NCBI GenBank assembly: GCA_030141605.1
Contig: JAQGDQ010002151.1
Location: 1-12,786, forward strand
Direction of reading: 5' to 3'
Source: Tubiluchus corallicola
Lineage: Eukaryota; Animalia; Priapulida
Length of the DNA: 12,786 nt
The position numbers were made by a program, and so were the translations under genes. Of the stretch, positions 9,930-12,786 are shown in pieces. Below the pieces are notes generated by a model. It was not told the DNA's origin. It saw nothing but the letters and a program-made list of their open reading frames with translations, and did not search any database. Each line of letters opens with the position of its first letter. Position 1 is the stretch's first letter.

Positions 9930-10233
9930 TCATTCACTACTCCCCCCCTCCACTTTTATGTATATATTATTATTATTTCAATTATTAATCTTTTTTTAAA
10001 GATTTCCACGTACAGTTTGGCCTGTCAAGCTATGCTTTTAGGCTCAAACTGTATGCATCGAAATTATTCTGTAATGTAATTTGCACATGTATATGCTGCA
10101 TTTTGTAATTTCTCGATAATACTGCATTTATTTATATTTATATTTACTTAAATGGATAATTATCTGTATTTTAATGATAATGTGTAAGATGCAATGTGGA
10201 AAAAATGAATAAACTTACTAAACTTAAACTTAA
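9930..10233 (+). mobile_element. Probable LINE 3' UTR fragment (CR1/L2/Crack-like)
   Basis: Strong stem-loop at 10011-10053, an AT-rich tract, AATAAA at 10208-10213 and a short (AAACTT)n tail. No coding remnant is seen, and the 5' boundary is approximate. Confidence 0.5.
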
Positions 10234-11100
10234 TTCATTTCTAAAATTCATTTAAAGCCTCAAGTGATGACTCGTACTTGTATAATAGTAATATACTAAA
10301 CACAGTCAGTTAACTGGGTCTTTTCACTTCCGTCCCGAAGTGAGTCTATTAAGCAGCACCTACTATGACAAAAAACTAACTTCTTAAATATACTGTACAT
10401 AAAATTTTTCGTCCACCATTATTGACAATACGGGAAGACCACCAATGGATGGTTTAGGAAACATAAGTGATTTTTGGCCACAGCAGGTGCCATCTTAGTT
10501 TAAGCGCATAACTTATTTCAAAAGTATCAATCCCAATTTTGGTTTTGTTGAGGGCGAGTCAGCCGTATTCTAGCAGAATCTATAAAGAAAAATTCTATTA
10601 CATCTCTCTACCCACGTACAACAGGGTACCTTAGCTTACTGTACCTGTATTTTACGGTTGTTTATTATACTGTTGAAATTAGTTCCTTGTCCATGTGGTA
10701 AAATGTTTAGCTTCCAGGTTACGAAATTTCAAAATTTATGTGCTCTATAGTGTTTTTACATGCAAAGTCGCGAAGGAAAATGTGTTTAGTAGATATGCAA
10801 ATTTCAAATAACTTACTATTCGAATATTTGAAGAAAAATCATTCAATTAGTCAAATATTTGACTGTGGCGTATTTTCCATTCACTCTCATTGCGTGGCCC
10901 ACACATAAAAATACATAAGTTTATCCAAAATATAGTACAACAGTTACTGTATCAGTAACGTATGTAACAGTACAGTAAAAGTACGTTATGTATGTTAATT
11001 TTTGGAACCGGAGTGTCTAGGATAAACTATGTTACTTTAGATTTCAGGTAGATTTAACTACACCGAAGTGCTTACCTGAGCTAAAATGACGTGTTAATTA

Positions 11101-11740
11101 GTATTACTGTACTGTTACTGTACTATTACTGCACTATTACTGCACTATTACTGCACTATTACTGTACTATTACTGTACTATTACTGCACTATTACTGCAC
11201 TATTACTGCACTATTACTGTACTATTACTGCACTATTACTGTACTGTACTATTACTGTACTGTACTATTACTGCACTATTACTGTACTATTACTGCACTA
11301 TTACTGCACTATTACTGCACTATTACTGTACTATTACTGCACTATTACTGTACTATTACTGCACTATTACTGCACTATTACTGCACTATTACTGTACTAT
11401 TACTGCACTATTACTGCACTATTACTGCACTATTACTGTACTATTACTGCACTATTACTGTACTGTACTATTACTGTACTGTACTATTACTGCACTATTA
11501 CTGCACTATTACTGCACTATTACTGCACTATTACTGCACTATTACTGCACTATTACTGCACTATTACTGCACTATTACTGCACTATTACTGTACTATTAC
11601 TGCACTATTACTGTACTATTACTGTACTATTACTGTACTATTACTGCACTATTACTGTACTATTACTGTACTATTACTGTACTGTACTATTACTGTACTG
11701 TACTATTACTGCACTATTACTGTACTATTACTGTATTACT
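11101..11740. repeat. Minisatellite with 11-bp unit CTATTACTG(C/T)A and a 219-bp higher-order period
   Basis: The 11-nt unit gives the 11-aa translation cycle LLLHYYCTITA. Paired 5-nt CTGTA insertions recur at 11239, 11458 and 11677. Confidence 0.95.
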
Positions 11741-11949
11741 TAGCATGAAAATGAGCTGTATGCAATTTAAAGTCTAGAACTTTTTGATAACTTATTTTTG
11801 CACATATAATGAACATTTTTCCAATGAACTTTTGGTGCACTTGCAGTTTAGCTGGTTCTCATCACTCCCACTGCCAAAGTTCTACCTCCTTTCTACTCCA
11901 AACCTCCCCTCCTCTCCCCCTTCACCTGGAATGCCAAGCCACCAAGACA

Positions 11950-12729
11950 GTCACCTTTTTTGTATGGCCCGAAGCCTCAAATTATCGTGTGTTCCAATGT
12001 TATATATTTTATTGTATAAACCGCAACCAATTATCATTATTGCTGTTTGCGTCACATTTCAAAAGAGACACGAAAGTTACAAAACACTGGCTTCTCAAAG
12101 ATACTGTTACACGCATGCGAAAACCTAGTAATTGGTATCACCCAAACTTGGTTGAACAAAAAAATATCAAGCAAATCTTTACAATTACCTAAGCACATCT
12201 TAATGCGAAAGGACAGATGCAATTCGGAAAAAGGAGGAGGGTAGCAATTTACATCCCGGCACATTTCAAATGAACTGAAGCAAAAGGCATAAGAACTAAT
12301 AAAATGGGAACTTTATGGTGCAACATAGAAGATTACCTAGTTGGAATTATTTACCGTCCCCCAAATGAAAAATATAAAACTTTCCTAAAACATTTTTCGG
12401 TCGAACTTGAACGAGATGTTTTCGAAAATAAACGTATCCTTATAATGGGAGATTTTAACATTGACATTAATAATACCAAAAGTCCTGAATGCAAACAATA
12501 CATTGAACTGTTAAATAAATTCTGTCTAAATGTAATAAATGACAAACCGACAAGAATATCTAAAACTTCATCTACATTAATTGACCACTTCATCTACATT
12601 AATTGACCACTTGATCTACATTAATTGACCACTTCATCTCAAATGACAATACAAAATTTGTGTCCAGCTGCCCTTGTGATTATTCTGATCATAATTTTGT
12701 TATTATAGCGGATCAAAAATCCTCCTTAC
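11950..12729 (+). mobile_element. Decayed non-LTR retrotransposon (CR1/L2-group) ORF2, APE-type endonuclease domain
   Basis: Motifs in the correct order across frameshifts: ARSL, IGITQTWL, RKDR..GGG/VAIYI (1-nt frameshift at about 12240), GIIYRPP, IMGDFNID, PTRI...STLIDHF, SDH (12684-12692). In-frame TGA at 12271. The element probably starts further left. Confidence 0.92.
12565..12639. repeat. 22-bp tandem triplication inside the endonuclease remnant
   Basis: ACTTCATCTACATTAATTGACC x3 (third copy has one substitution) plus a partial ACTTCATCT. Confidence 0.95.
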
Positions 12730-12786
12730 AGAATAGAATAAAATAGAATAGAATAGAATAGAATAGAATAGAATAGAATAGAATAG
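12730..12786. repeat. (AATAG)n pentanucleotide microsatellite running off the window end
   Basis: agaatagaataaaatagaatagaatag... Confidence 0.97.

Larger units (their letters stand above)
6924..10365. mobile_element. Old Tc1/mariner-type non-autonomous element, expanded by nested insertions
   Basis: Left end TA|CAGTAGGCACCGTTTAATAGATTAA vs reverse complement of 10341-10365, TAGTAGGTGCTGCTTAATAGACTCA: 18/25 identical, 6 of 7 differences are transitions. The subterminal motif taattg(a/g)ctcaa occurs on both sides of the inner MITE. The right TSD is degenerate (TG). Confidence 0.55.

Noticed and set aside
8944-10201. Similar 15-17-mers agatgca(ca)atgtggaa at 8944 and 10187 as a possible TSD
   Set aside because: Each lies inside a different putative LINE fragment rather than at an element boundary; probably chance.
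11091-11777. 228-aa Cys/Tyr/His-rich repeat ORF
   Set aside because: The 11-bp unit cycles through all three frames without a stop on this strand, and there is no ATG start or splice support. It is a minisatellite artefact.
11101-12639. CRISPR-like interpretation of the 11-bp and 22-bp repeats
   Set aside because: The repeats are head-to-tail with no unique spacers, there are no cas genes, and the context is eukaryotic.

Overview
AT-rich, repeat-dense eukaryotic DNA, probably from an invertebrate animal; it is not prokaryotic. One convincing + strand coding exon (600-725, coiled-coil-like, phase 0-0) is followed by what looks like a long intron or intergenic tract. That tract holds a near-perfect 182-bp inverted repeat (985-1166 / 2340-2521), a tRNA-derived SINE head, and several Tc1/mariner-pogo-type non-autonomous elements. 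One old element (6924-10365) appears to carry a MITE and LINE 3' ends nested inside it. There are also three phase-compatible exon-like segments on the - strand (4940-5901), five simple or minisatellite arrays, and a decayed CR1/L2-group LINE endonuclease region at the right end. Nearly all long ORFs in the supplied track are artefacts of simple repeats. I see no evidence of a new multi-gene system. The best leads are the inverted repeat next to the exon, the antisense exon cluster, the nested transposon stack with CpG-decay signatures, and the exact 219-bp higher-order period of the minisatellite.
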